64,000 nucleotides of DNA, from NCBI GenBank assembly GCA_964016885.1, contig OZ024742.1, positions 297,662,001 to 297,726,000 of the forward strand. Direction: 5' to 3'. Position 1 is the first letter of the stretch. Each line of letters begins with the position of its first letter. The DNA comes from Eledone cirrhosa. Taxonomy: Eukaryota. This document shows positions 11,476-24,700 of the stretch, one piece after another. A program made the position numbers and the translations under genes. The notes below the pieces were generated by a model. It worked only from the letters and a program-made list of their open reading frames with translations. It was not told where the DNA came from and ran no database searches.

Positions 11476-14400
11476 ATCATATCATCACCATTCATCATCA
11501 TCGTTTAACGTCCGTGTTCCATGCTTGCATGGGTTTGGACGGGAGTTTTCCCACTTGAGGCAAGAGTGGTTGTCTTGCTCGCATAGGACTGTCTGGCGGG
11601 TTTTCTACAGTTGGATGCCCTTCCTAACACCAACCACATTTACAGTGTGGGGCTGGGAGGTTTTTACCGTGTTGCCTACACGGCCACATTACAGCGTGGA
11701 CTGTCTGGCAGGTTTTCTATAGCTGGATGCCCTTCCTAACACCAACCACATTTACAGTGTGGGACTGGGACGTTTTTACCGTGTTGCCTACAAGGTCACA
11801 TTACAGCGTGGACTGTGTGTTTTTTTGTCGTGACACCTACACGATCTCATTTGTTTCGGCCTGGATTTTGTGGCACCAACATAACTTTACATTGAAAGGG
11901 GCGGTGTGGATGTGGTGGGGGTGGTGGGACACGGGTGTATTTTGTTAGAGATGCCTACTGACTGTAGTAGGTTTTACTTTGTATTTAGGTAACGCGGGTC
12001 TTCTCTATTACTGAGTACCGCCAAAGCTCTCGGTCCAGTGACATTGTCTTGGAGAGGTGTAAGTGTGTGAGGTCGGAATTTATCAGCTCGTCTCAGGTTT
12101 TTCTGAGTCTGCCTACTCCGTGGCTACCATCTATCTTTATTGCCCTGCACTTTGTTATACAGCTGTCGTCTTTCATGCGCATCACGTGACCATACCAACG
12201 TAGCCTTCTCTCGAGTAAACAACATCTGATCCCTCTTATTTCTAATTTTTTCCTTAGTTCGTTTATGCTTTGCCGTTCACGTATATTACTATTGCACATC
12301 CAGCGGAGCATGCAAGCTTCGTTCCTCTCTAGTCTGCGTATATCCTCTGCACACAATGCCCAGGTCTCACTGCCATGCAACATTGCTGTTCGTATGCAGG
12401 CATCATACAACCTGCCTTTCACTTTTAGGGAGAACCCTTTAGCGGCTAATAGTGGTATAAGCTCTCTGAACTTTTTCCATCCCGTTCTGACTCTAGCTAC
12501 TGTACTTTCGGAGCACCCTCCCCCACTGCTGATTTTGTCACCCAGGTAACGGAAGCTGTCCACTATTTCTATAGAACCCTCTGCGCAGTTGAAAGAGCTA
12601 GTATTTTTTGGGCACTTGCTGCTACTTATTGCACCAGAGCACCGGCCACATGTAAAATCTGTGTTCTTAGTTAGCTTACCTGTGATCCCACTACATCTTT
12701 TATGAACCCATACTTTGCATTTGGGACATAAAATGGAGTTTCTACCTACGCCTTTCCTACACACTGAGCATGGCCATTTCCCGGAAGGGACCGGCGCCTT
12801 ATTTTCTTTCCTACAAACTAGAACTTTAGTCTTAGCCATGTTAATTTTAAGGCCTTTTGATTCTAGGCCGTGCTTCCATGTTATAGCCTGAAGAGCAATA
12901 ATGAATAGTAGGGGGCTAAGAACAGAGCCCTGATGGACACCAACTTTTACGCTAAATTCTTCACTATATTCGTTGTTAATTCTAACCTTGCTCACTGTTT
13001 CTTTATACATGGCTTGTATAGCTCTCACAAGCCATTCGTCAACACCTAGTTTTCTAAGAGCCCACCAGATAATGGAACGGGGGACTCTGTCGAAGGCTTT
13101 CTCCAAGTCGACAAAGGCTAAGTATAGGGGTTTACTTTTAGCTAGGTACTTCTCCTGTAGTTGTCGTACAATGAAAAAAGCGTCTGTGGTACTTTTGCCT
13201 GACACAAACCCGAACTGCATTTCATCTATATCGATTCTCTCTCTGATTAGTTGCACTATTACTTTTTCCGTGACCTCCATGACCTGGTCGATTAATTTAA
13301 TCCCTCTATAGTTACTCCTATCTAGGGCGTCTCCTTTACCCTTGTAACAGTTAATGATGATGCTGCTACGCCAGTCCTTCGAAACAACCCCATTCTGTAT
13401 GACTTGGTTTACTATCCGGGTGACCATGGTGTGTCCCACCGTTCCAGAGGCCTTCAGCATCTCAGCGACTATTTCCGAAGGCCCAGCCGCCTTACCCGTC
13501 TTCATATCTTTGATTGCCTTACTTATTATACTACCTTCAACTAACACTGCTGGTCCCTCTATTGGATCGATCTGGGGGAGACTATCCTTCTCCCATTTAT
13601 TCTCCTCATTTAGTAGCCTCTCGTAGTGACACTTCCAAGCGACCTTCTTATCAGCGTCAGTGATGGCGAGTACGCCATCATCATTTAGTACACACTTCTC
13701 CCCAACAATAACACGGTTTTCCTTGACACATTGCCTAGCAATCCTGAACACCTCACATTTTTGGTCCTCGCGTTGTAGAACATGCTTGAACTTTCTTTCC
13801 TCTGCTTCCCTTCTTGCAAAGTACACTTGTCTCCTAGCTTCCCTCCTGGCCACTTGATAGTCTTCTCTACTTCCCCCATCCCGCCATATTTTCCAAGCCT
13901 GCTTTTTGGCCTTAATCGACTCCTCCACCTTACTGTTCCACCACCATGTTACTCTCCTCCTGCCTATAGGCCTGCTCCGGCCACAGACTTCGTCTGCCGC
14001 CATCAGCAGGTTTGCTTTCAGGAATTCCCACTGTCCCTCTATATTGTCCGACTCTAAATGCTCTTCCTTACTGTCAAAAGCATCAAGTAATATGCTTTGA
14101 AATTTATTTCTGGCTGTGGGGTCCTTTAGCTTCCATATTTTTCTCTTGAGGATAATCCTCTTCTGCTGTCGAGTACGTCTCGTCCTGACTATGAGGTCGC
14201 TAATTATCAGTCTATGTTGGGAGGTGCATTCTTCATGGGGGAGGGATTTAGTGTTTACAACAGTCACTCTGTCACGTCTTCTGGTAAGGATATAATCTAC
14301 CTGGCTGGTATGTTCCCCTGATCTGTAGGTGATCAAGTGATTGTCTCGTTTTTTGAAGTTAGTGTTATAGATTGTTAGGTTATTTGCGTCACAGAATTCC

Positions 14401-14915
14401 AGGATTCTGGAGCCTTCCTCATTTCTAGTACCAAACCCATAGCCTCCATGGATTTCATCATAGCCGTCACAATGTTGTCCAATGTGACCATTTAGGTCTC
14501 CAGCAATAATTATATAGTCACTGTCGGTTATTTGGGAGGTAGAGAGCATCAGTGTCTCATAGAAAGTGTCTTTTATAGCGCCAGGCAGTCCGAATTGGGG
14601 TGCGTACGCAGATATTATCGTCACAGTAGTTCTATTTAGAACAAGTCTTATTTTAATTATTCTGTCGTTTACTCTATTTACATCTATTATCTTATCCACC
14701 CATTTTTCTGCTAACATGATTCCTACCCCACCCAGCCCATTGTCATTTCCCACCCAGAAAAGCTTATAGCATCGTCTTTTACCCACAATGAATCTAGCAG
14801 ACCCGCCCCTCCACCTGGTCTCTTGGATGCAGCAGACATCAACCTCCTTACGTTCAAGCATTTCTACAACCTCGTTTGAGCGGCCTTTTAAGGTCCCTAC
14901 ATTCATGGTACCAAC
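11476..14915 (-). mobile_element. Near full-ORF RTE-clade LINE (APE + RT + PHD-like finger) with repeated 3' UTR and (GAT)n tail
   Basis: 937-aa ORF; 3' UTR with ~90-110 bp internal duplications (11587-11815); the tail reads catcatcatcgtttaacgtcc on + at ~11476-11511. Confidence 0.96.
12093..14906 (-). pseudogene. RTE ORF2-type protein (APE-RT), predicted RT-dead: in-frame loss of YADD and a premature stop near the C-terminus
   Basis: APE motifs NVGTL, CIQETRW, SAYAPQ, AGDLNGH, VDYIL, SQHRL; RT motifs QFGF, AFVDLEKAFDRVPR, GVHQGSVLSPLLF. ...LQAIT|WKHGL lacks the segment containing YADD seen in the 15478 copy. The ORF stops at KT*DE where the homologue has KTWDE. Confidence 0.92.
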
Positions 14916-15464
14916 ATCATTATTACATCATTATTACATCTAATTTCCATAGTGGCAGTGGTATTATTGGCTGGCACATATTTGGAGTTACTACCCTCAT
15001 CAACAAGTCTGGAGATCATGTCAGACTTATATATTCATATTTTGGCATGATGTCTACTGCTGAATGTCTTTTCTAACACTAACAAATTTATATATTATTG
15101 TGTGTGCATGCATGTGTGAATGTTTTTCTGCATGTGTGTTTTTGCTTTGTATTTTAACTGCTGGCACAGACTGCAGTGTGTTTTTTATGACACGTAGCTC
15201 AGTAGAGTTTACCACATGACAGAAATCCAACTATTGAACACTACCTGAAAACCTCTCATCCAACCCATCCCAACATGGTAAAATAGTCATAAACAATGAT
15301 GGTGATGATGATGTCTGTTGATTATTACCATTCCATTCGGTTTTATTCATGATAATCTATTAATAATGGCTTTCTATCTCCCATGTCTTTTTATAAGAAT
15401 TTCTCATCAAAGGATTCAATAAAAATTTCAACAATAAATATCAGTAGAATATAGTAAATATTCT

Positions 15465-16888
15465 TTATGAATAGCTTGTGACAGCTGTACAAGCCATGTA
15501 TAGGGGAGCAGTCATCAAACTTAGGATTAGCAATGTGTATAGCAAGGATTTTAGCGTACAGGTTGGTGTCCACCAGGGCTCTGTTCTTAGCCCTCTCCTA
15601 TTCATCATAGTCGTGCAGGCAATAACGGAGGAGTTTAAGACCGGATGCCCATGGGAACTCCTGTATGCAGATGACCTCGCACTAATAGCTGAATCTATGG
15701 TAGAACTAGAGAAGAAATTCCAAACTTGGAAGTAGGGACTAGAAAGAAAGGGTCTCAAAGTCAACCTGACAAAGACTAAGGTCCTTGTAAGTAGACGAGA
15801 AAACAGAACCCAGATCCCCTCAGTATGTAGGAAAGGTGTAGGTAGGAACTCCATTCTCTGCTCCAAATGCAAACAATGGGTACACAAGAGATGTAGCGGG
15901 ATCTCAGGAAGCTTAACTAAGAATGTAGGCTTCACATATAGCAGCTGTTCTGGGACAGCAAGCAGCAAACAGCTACAGGAAACAAGTACCACCAAACTCT
16001 GGGAGGGCTCTGTAGAAACAGTAGACAGCTTCTGCTACCTAGGTGACTGAATTAGCAGCGGAGGTGGGTGTTCGGAAAGTACAATAACTAGGGTAAGAAC
16101 GGGATGGAAGAAGTTCAGGGAGCTACTGCCACTGCTAGCTGCAAAAGGCTTTTCCCTCAAAATGAAAAGCAGACTGTATGATGCATGTATACGAACAGCA
16201 ATGTTACCTGGTAGTGAGACCTGGGCGCTGTCTGTGGAAGACTTGCGTAGATTAGAAAGAAACGAATCCTGCATGCTCCAATGGATGTGTAATAGTAAAA
16301 TACGCGAATGGCAAAGCATAAATGAATTGAGAGAGAGACTGAGAATAAGAGGAATCAAATGGTATAGACATGTGATGTGTATGAAGGATGACAGCTGCAT
16401 AAAAACGTGCAGAGCAGTAGAAGTCGGTGGAAACCACAGAGTGGGGAGATCCAAGAAGACCTGGGATGAGGTGATAAAAGCCGACCTTACCCAATTACAC
16501 CTCTCAAAGGCAATGAAACATGACTGTGACCTCTGGTGTCACACAGTAATACAGAAGACCCCCCCCCCCACGGGTACAAGCTGAAGCTGAAGCTTATAGA
16601 CAATATTCCCCACACCCTCCCACTGCAAAGTGGTCGTGGAGGTGCCACGGCAAAAAAGCACGCAGCCCACACTGTAAAGTGGACGTCTAGGCGCCACGAA
16701 AAAAAAGCACGCAGTACTCACTGTAAATGAAGTTGGTGTTAGGAAGGGCATCCAGCTGTAGAAATCAAGCCAGATTCAGTTCCCGTATGAGCAAGACAAG
16801 GTCAGCCGACCAGACACTGCCTACAACAGGCCAACCCGTCTAACCCATGCTAGCGTGGAAGAACGGACGTAAAACGGTGATGATGATA
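15465..16888 (+). mobile_element. 5'-truncated decayed RTE LINE, same superfamily as 11476-14915, opposite orientation
   Basis: GVHQGSVLSPLLF, WELLYADDL, CSKCKQWVHKRC, ETWALSVEDLRRLERNE, KTWDE; internal stops and frameshifts; tail cggtgatgatgata. Confidence 0.93.
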
Positions 16889-19828
16889 AAGTGTGAACCC
16901 AACTTAATATAAAATAATTTACAGATAACACAATCCATTTTTATTTAGAAACTACAATCACATTCTCAAATCATTATCAGTGTATATTTTCTAATATAGA
17001 AATTAGAATTAACTTCTAATGGAGGCTTGATGAGATATTTAAGGCATACGAGAAAAACTAAACCATTATTTTTTGGTGCGTGAATTTTCTATCCACCCAG
17101 CTAATTGGAATGTTATGCGGTTGATAATTGAATAGAGTTAGTAAAGGATAGAAATAACTCTTTAGTCATGTTGAAGACAAGACAATCTCTCTAGAACTTA
17201 TTTCATAATAAAATGCACCTTGTACATTCTGTAAAGTGGTAGACAATGTAAATTAGAGAGTGCTCTTTAATCATGTTGAAGACCTGAAAATGTTTCTAGT
17301 GTTGGTGCCATAATAAAATGCAACCAGTACACCCTGTAAAGTGGTTGGCATTACAAAAGACATCCAGCTCCAGAAACCATGCCAAAAATTTCTATGATGG
17401 AGTGAGATATGATCCTTTGCTTTATGTAAAAGTGTTGTAACTTCTGATAAAAACTACCTCAGACAATAAAACCCATCCAACTCATGCTAACATGGAAAGC
17501 AGATGTAAAATGTTGCTGATGAAGATGATGATTAAACTATATAAAAATGTGTAAAATATTTTCTGACAACTTTAACTTAACATAAAATTGCTTCATTATA
17601 TTCTTATCCCTGAATAAAGATTATAATTACATTTTCTTTATTCCAAAAGATCGGTTTCGTTTATGTGAAACAAATATAATAGTTTTCAAGTGGGTTTCTG
17701 TCAGAGTTTGAATTCTGTAAATTGGGCAATTCTTATTCCAGAGTAAAGTTGTCAGCAATGGGAAATTTGGACCTATAATACTGTAATTTAACTTTTCTTG
17801 TTTGTATTTAATGCTGTGCTATATGTAGCACAGTTTGACAGCTAGCAGGATATTTGACTGTTTACTTAACAATAAATGATTGCTATCTTGGTATTTATTT
17901 TTTTTGTTAATAACAGACTCCAAAAACATTATGGGTGTGTGCCAACTTCACTTACTAGTAGTCATATTTTCTATTATACACAATGGATTTTATTTATCTA
18001 TATATATTTTGAAAATAATTCTCATGGCGCTTGTTCAAAATTTTATTTTCTGCCTTCATAGAAAGATAGATAAGCAAAACTACCTTTTCAATAGTTGAAA
18101 AATCTCTGTCACGATATCGTCATCATTTTCAGATGAATCTCATATGTCATCATCAACCTATCAGAATAATAAGTATTAATAGTATGGCTCTGTGGTTAAG
18201 ATGTTCACTTTGTAACCATGAGGTTTTGCAAGTGTCGTCTATACCCTTAGGTCAACCAATATCTTTGGAGTGAATTTGAGATATGTAAATTCTAAGGGAG
18301 CCCCTTTTATATATAATCATCATCGTCATCATCGTTATTGTATATCTGCATTCCTAGCTGGCATAGGTTGCATAGATTGTCATGGTCTGAGACCAGACAG
18401 ATTGGAGAAACCCATCTTTCTTGCTATGTTCCGTATTCAGCAGGATTTCTATGGCTGGATTCCCTTCCTAACATCAGCACTAGAAAGATTGCCACATACT
18501 AAACCAGACTGGAGAGTCCTCACAAATCCTATATCATCTCCATTCAATTGCCTAGCACTTTAGCCTCTAGTCTCTCACCATTTTTAATTTTAGAGTTGCA
18601 GTACTTGTATAAAACATGTTTTCTTTTGAACACAATAATGCTAGAAATAGCAACCAAATATCCTTCAAATCACACTCTAGCATTTTAGAAAAGAGCAGAT
18701 TGGATAATATGAACCTAGGTACACTCTACCTGGCAGGATAGATCAACAACATTAACAACCATTTATGGAACTATGACATTACTCATTTTTTTATTCACCC
18801 TAGATCTCCAGAAATTTTGTAAATTTTCTTCTTCCCTTAAAGCAGTAGTTCTCATATCTAAATGTTGCAGACAATCCCCACCATTTAATAATACATTAAA
18901 TGAAACAAAACTGGTTTAGAATAGTGAATTTATTCATTCAAAAACAATATATGTATGTAAAACACTGTTCGATCTCTGATCAAGATGAAGCGAGAGTATA
19001 TTTGAATACTTATAGAAATGACAAAACTCATCATTAGAACAACATTTAAAACAATTAAATGATGTCATAGACAGCGATGGGCGAAAATTTCTGAGACCAG
19101 TGGCCAGTGGTCAACAGAGAGAGACAATCCACAAGGTGAGTGACAGGTAGATGAAATATAGGAAATATTAAAAGAGGAGGACAAGGAGAAGTGCACTGGT
19201 ACACAGAAGTGACTGGAAGAAGGAAATAAAGACAGGCGATATATAAGACAAGTTTATATACACATCTTCACCCTCATCAGCTCTCAAACCAGCAAAATGG
19301 TTTTGTACGATTTAATTGAGAGTACCATTTTAAAATGCTGAATCTTGCAATAGAAAAATAAATCTTTCTGCTGTTATGTGTGTGTGATAAAACAAACAGC
19401 ACAAATAAAAGGACGATATGTATTATAACATATATATGATATTTATTAAATTTATTAACAGACACATTATCTTGTGGCAGTCACTTTGAGAAACACATAT
19501 TAAAGAAATTCTGTTCACCTCTACCACAAACCTTCAAACATTGACAACTGACAACATGCAGCATTCTGCTAGTCTGTGTCCTTTCTCTGTCTATTCTGCT
19601 GCTTTTATTATGATTTTCTTCTTAACATGATAATTTCATACTACCACTCCATCTAAAACCAATGAGGTGAGGATATATGTGGTTGTTCAATCTGCTTGAT
19701 ATAAGAGCAAAATCTGTTTTGAATTACACAATACCATCTTTAAAAAAGAATACATTTCATAATGTAGTCCTAAGTACAATGTCTAACAAATGGGATGATC
19801 ATGGTTAGCATACATTTGATCATATGTA

Positions 19829-19838
<10 letters not shown>

Positions 19839-19910
<72 letters not shown>

Positions 19911-19920
19911 ACACACACAC
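19839..19920. repeat. (CA)n microsatellite
   Basis: ~40 CA units. Confidence 0.97.
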
Positions 19921-20984
19921 ATATATATTGACAAGTCTGTGAGTATCTTCTTTGCATATGTATGATAGTGTAAAATAAATAAATTTTTGTATGACTAAAA
20001 ATGAGAAAGAAAAGGAAAAAGCTGTATGTTCTAATTTTCTATCAAAAGTGCCATGAGTATTGTCTTGAAGCAAGCTTTCACAGACAACTTAGCTGGTTTT
20101 ATTCCCTGGCAACAAAATAAAATATTGGCTGGCTTGTTCCTGTTAGAAGTATAATATGGTGCCATAAATTACTGATATATCATGATAGCTCTTCAGAAGC
20201 TACTAACTTTAAAGCTGTGTATACTGAGATAAAAGGTGTGTGGACAATGGAAAGGAAACAGTTACAATTGGATAGATTGTCAATACCATTACAGATGACA
20301 CATCAGAATCCTGCTAGTCAATGAAAAGGGAAGAACTAGAAGACTTATAGCTGTCATGTCAAATATACTTAATTAGAGCTGTAGACAAAACCAAATGAAA
20401 GGAAGAATGCAAATATATATTTTATTCTTTAGAAGTAGGTGAGATATTGCTTGACATGAGTGTAAAACTTTTTTTCCTAGTTTCTATAAAGAAATTTCAT
20501 TTTATATTATTTATTATAAAGATAGTTCACAGAAATTTTACATGCATGTTTGTGGAAATAGCTCTTCCATCGTTTTCCATGATGAGCATTCAGCTATTTG
20601 ATGTTAGATCAACTGAGCTCATTAAATTATCGTGCAAGTGGACAAGTAGTCCACAGACATGTGCAATTTTAAGGCATTTCTGAAGCTGACACATGAGGAT
20701 GAAATGTGTGATAAGGTTGGACCATTGAATTATGGGTACAATTCATCTGACAAGCCTCTACACATTTTCTTTCTATCCATTTTGGCTATGGTAAAGACAC
20801 TTGTACAAGAGATGCTAAACTGGGATTGAAACCAGGATCTCATGATTGTGAAACAAGTGTCTTAACCACTGCCAATTGTCCCCTATATATTCATATATCT
20901 ATTATTTAACTGTTAGTCTTGTCTAGAAACATTTCAGTGTCTTGTTGGTTCAACAACCATGTGCAAGCAGACCTATGACTAAAA

Positions 20985-21554
20985 TGTGATACACTTTTTG
21001 CTCTACAGACTAGTTTTGCATACATTTTTGTATGAGCAAATGGTCTGATAAAATTCTGTGAACTGCATTTTTATCCAAGCCCATTTCTTCTGCAATCATC
21101 CTAGCACTTATTAGGTGATCTTTCGCCATCATTGTTGGCACCACTTCCACATTTTGTTAACAAGATAGGCCTTCCATAATGAGGTTTGTCTTCAACAATT
21201 TCTTGGCCTTCTTTGAAAGTTTTATGCCACTTAAAAACCTTACTTCTTAATTGAATTGCTTCTTCATAGGTTTGTGTTAAAGAGTTAAATGATTTAGTTG
21301 CAGATTTGTTGAGTTTCACATAAAATTTGATCATGTACCATATTTTCATGCATTCCAAGCGTAAAAGTGATTATAAACTTGTCTGTACATAAACCACTAT
21401 AATGTAGGACAGACTCAATCAATCATATTGAAATAAGTATTTTTGTGCAGGCAAGGTCATAACCAACTTGCCTATATACATCAATAAGGTACTGCTTTAC
21501 CATGTCGTACCTGGAATAATCAGTACCATTACTTTTGGGATAAACCTCATGTAT
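20985..21554 (-). mobile_element. Mariner (Tc1/mariner) transposase relic with one TIR
   Basis: ORF 21101..21358 (IKFYVKLNKSATKSF...SKVFKWHKTFKEGQEIVEDKPHYGRP) resembles the mariner N-terminal HTH region; TIR-like TA-CATGAGGTTTATCCCAAAAGTAATGGTACTG on the minus strand ends at ~21554. Confidence 0.85.
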
Positions 21555-21696
21555 ATATATATATATATTGTTATACTTTGGGAGGGTCATGTTGCCAATA
21601 AGAAACACATGCACCAGTTGCTTTCACTTTAATTTATTATAATAAATTTATAAATTTCTGGTTGGTTGGTTCCACAACCAGATGATTGTTTATATA

Positions 21697-21743
21697 TTGT
21701 CAAAGTTCTTTCGTCACACATTCTGTGACCTCTTCAGTCACTG
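21697..21743 (-). ncRNA. Degenerate minimal type I hammerhead ribozyme relic
   Basis: Minus strand: CUGAAGA-G-GUCACA-GAAUG-UGUGAC-GAAA-GAAC-UU; 6-bp stem II intact, near-palindromic AGAACU stem III, stem I mismatched. Confidence 0.5.
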
Positions 21744-21821
21744 GGGATTCTTTTCTTTGTTTTTGTGCCTCTCCTTTGTTCTGTCCTACGCCATCCTGTT
21801 TTTGAAATGATGATGATATAT

Positions 21822-22154
21822 ATCATTCCATTTTATGTCCACTTTTTCCCTGCTTGCAAGGGTGGGATGGGAACTGATTCTGGCTTGATTTCTACAGCTG
21901 GATGCCCTTCCTAACACCAACCTCATTTACAGTGAGTGCTGGGTGCTTTTTTGATGTGGCACCTCCACGACCACTTTGCAGTGGAATGATAGTGACCCCA
22001 GTCCCTATAATCTCATTTCTACAGCTGAGTAAACTGGAGCAATGTGAAATAAAGTGTCTTGCTCAAGGAAACAACACATCACCCAGTCTGAGAATTGAAC
22101 TCACAACCTTTCGATTGCAAGGCCAATGCTCTAACCACTAAGCCATGTGCCTCC
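21822..22154 (-). mobile_element. tRNA-head SINE with CORE-like body and RTE-derived tail (family B)
   Basis: Reverse complement of 28671-28998 apart from a short indel and a few substitutions. Confidence 0.88.
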
Positions 22155-22207
22155 ATGTATGTAAATATATATAAGTATTGAAGTTTCCGTTGAAAATTGA
22201 AAAAGTC

Positions 22208-22327
22208 ATAGGACTGAAGAGTGCTCTATGTAATTACCAGAGCTAAATTTAATGTATAATAAATACAATATAATTACCTCATTACCAGAGGTTTCCCGAA
22301 TAAGACTAATACGAAAAATGTCCTCAT
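22208..22327 (+). ncRNA. Possible decayed hammerhead with a large branched stem II insertion
   Basis: AUAGGA-CUGAAGA-GU...AC-GAAA-AAUGUC-CUCAU; the insert contains hairpins GCUCU/AGAGC and ACCUC/GAGGU; stems I and III imperfect. Confidence 0.3.
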
Positions 22328-22682
22328 TCGTTCATCGACCAAGGCAATTTAAAACATAGTGAAATATATGAAAAATCTCCTCAAGAAAGGCAAGAGTTTA
22401 ACGGGCAAAAAAAAAAATAAAGCAAGAGATATATAAAAATATGGAAATATAGATAGAGTATGTGTATAAATGAGTACATATTCACTCACAAATGTACATA
22501 TGTGTGTATGTACAAATGCATGTGTATAGTGAACATGTGTGCGTAAGTACATATATGAGGGCAAGCATAATAGTGTATGTGTGACCACAAACACGTATAT
22601 AACATAAGTTGAAAAATATATTATATATATATATATATATATAATATATTTTTCAACTTATGTTATACACGTATTTGTGGTC

Positions 22683-22799
<117 letters not shown>

Positions 22800-22862
22800 A
22801 GCGTGGAAGATGGACATTAAACGATGATGATGATATATATATATACATAATATACATAATAT

Positions 22863-22906
<44 letters not shown>

Positions 22907-22959
22907 GTAAGTATGCATGTATACGTACATACATATATGTATACAGACGTACAGTAGCA

Positions 22960-23017
<58 letters not shown>

Positions 23018-23252
23018 TGCTACTGTACGTCTGTATACATATATGTATGTACGTATACATGCATACTTACATTTAAGTAAGTGCCATACTAAGAGTGAGA
23101 AATGAAATTTCGTTTTCATTTTGTTTCAATTTATCGTTTTCGGTATGCCTGACCGATTTAACTCACTCAATATGCAAATTAGGCTGCTCAGCCGTTAATT
23201 TTCATAAGGAAAGTATATACTTTCGAACGTTCAACTATCTGGCAGATGGGTA

Positions 23253-23297
23253 AACGGTGCTGATGATAGCTAACAAGCTTGAAACTAGTACATCGTT
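23253..23297 (+). ncRNA. Canonical minimal type I hammerhead ribozyme (HHR family 1)
   Basis: AACGGUG-CUGAUGA-U-AGCU-AACA-AGCU-U-GAAA-CUAG-UA^CAUCGUU: 7-bp stem I (one G.U), 4-bp stem II, palindromic ACUAGU stem III, full core, GUA cleavage triplet. Confidence 0.9.
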
Positions 23298-23448
23298 CCT
23301 GTGTCAGTGTTGAACAAAAAGGTGACGTGGTTGCCTTAACACCGTATGGCATAAATTCAGGTTGTTCAGTTTGTTTACAAACGAACAAAGCGGCGTTATA
23401 ATAAGCGTCCGCTAAACTGATACGTGCATATATGTATGTGTACCTGTA

Positions 23449-23512
<64 letters not shown>

Positions 23513-23623
23513 TGCTACTGTACGTCTGTATACATATATGTATGTACGTATACATGCATACTTACATTTAAGTAAGTGCCATACTAAGAGTGAGAAATGA
23601 AATTTCGTTTTCATTTTATTTCA

Positions 23624-23663
<40 letters not shown>

Positions 23664-23669
<6 letters not shown>

Positions 23670-24199
23670 CGTAAAATAAGACAATTTTTAAAATTAAAAA
23701 TTAACTTACTTACTAAAATTTTCACTCCAACTAATTAGTTTCTGTAAGATAACTATAGAGAATTCCTTACGTCATCAGGGAGTCTATTCTCAGCTAAGTT
23801 TCCAGGCAATGCGCGGACACTATGAACCCATATAAAAATAATAATTCAGTGGATGGAACAAAGCTAGCGGGGACTAAATTCCAAAGCACTGAAAAAATTC
23901 ACTGCTTCTCTGGTCAGTGGCAGATTCTAAAGGATCAATCACGTGACACTGAGGTTAATCAGTGAGGAGTGGGGTGGTATTATGACAATAGCCTACATCT
24001 ACCATGAATCACAGCAGTAAATTTTGGCAAGTTTTACTCAACAAATAATTTGGAGATAAATATAGAGAATTAGTATATCTATCAACATATATATATGTTA
24101 TGTCTTAGTACCTTTGTGGCATTGGGATGCAGAACAATTATATGAAAGACGTAAAATAAGAAAATTTTAAAAATTAAAAATTAACTAACTTACTAAAAT
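23664..24199 (-). mobile_element. Non-coding 480-nt HHR-bearing unit with ~55-nt terminal direct repeat (retrozyme-like or non-autonomous PLE)
   Basis: aaagacgtaaaataag...ttactaaaat occurs at 23665-23719 and 24145-24199 (period 480 nt); contains the HHR at 23724-23783; no ORF; (TA)n/TA flanks. Confidence 0.8.
23724..23783 (-). ncRNA. Type I hammerhead ribozyme (HHR family 2, copy 1)
   Basis: Minus strand: ACUCC-CUGAUGA-C-GUAAGG...UCUUAC-A-GAAA-CUAAUUAG-UU^GGAGU; 5-bp stem I, palindromic ACUAAUUAGU stem III. Confidence 0.87.
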
Positions 24200-24304
24200 A
24201 TATATGCATCCCCCTGCATAGAACCACAAAGGTACTAAGACATAACATATATATTTGCTAGCATGAGTATACATCTGTATACATATGTTGGTAGATACAC
24301 TAAT

Positions 24305-24417
<113 letters not shown>

Positions 24418-24430
24418 TATGTATATTATG

Positions 24431-24469
<39 letters not shown>

Positions 24470-24506
24470 ATATCATCATCATCGTTTAACGTCCATCTTC
24501 CACGCT

Positions 24507-24666
<160 letters not shown>

Positions 24667-24700
24667 CATAATATATATATATGCATAATATACATAATAT

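Noticed and set aside
12265-14769. Plus-strand ORFs overlapping the RTE (likewise the antisense ORFs at 15465-16454, 25084-25692 and 49167-51362)
   Set aside because: Antisense shadows of retroelement coding sequence with no independent motifs.
17516-17530. Other CTGANGA matches (e.g. 17516, 37747, 47435) as hammerheads
   Set aside because: No stem II followed by GAAA and no closing stem I; 17516 is part of a decayed (GAT)n RTE tail.
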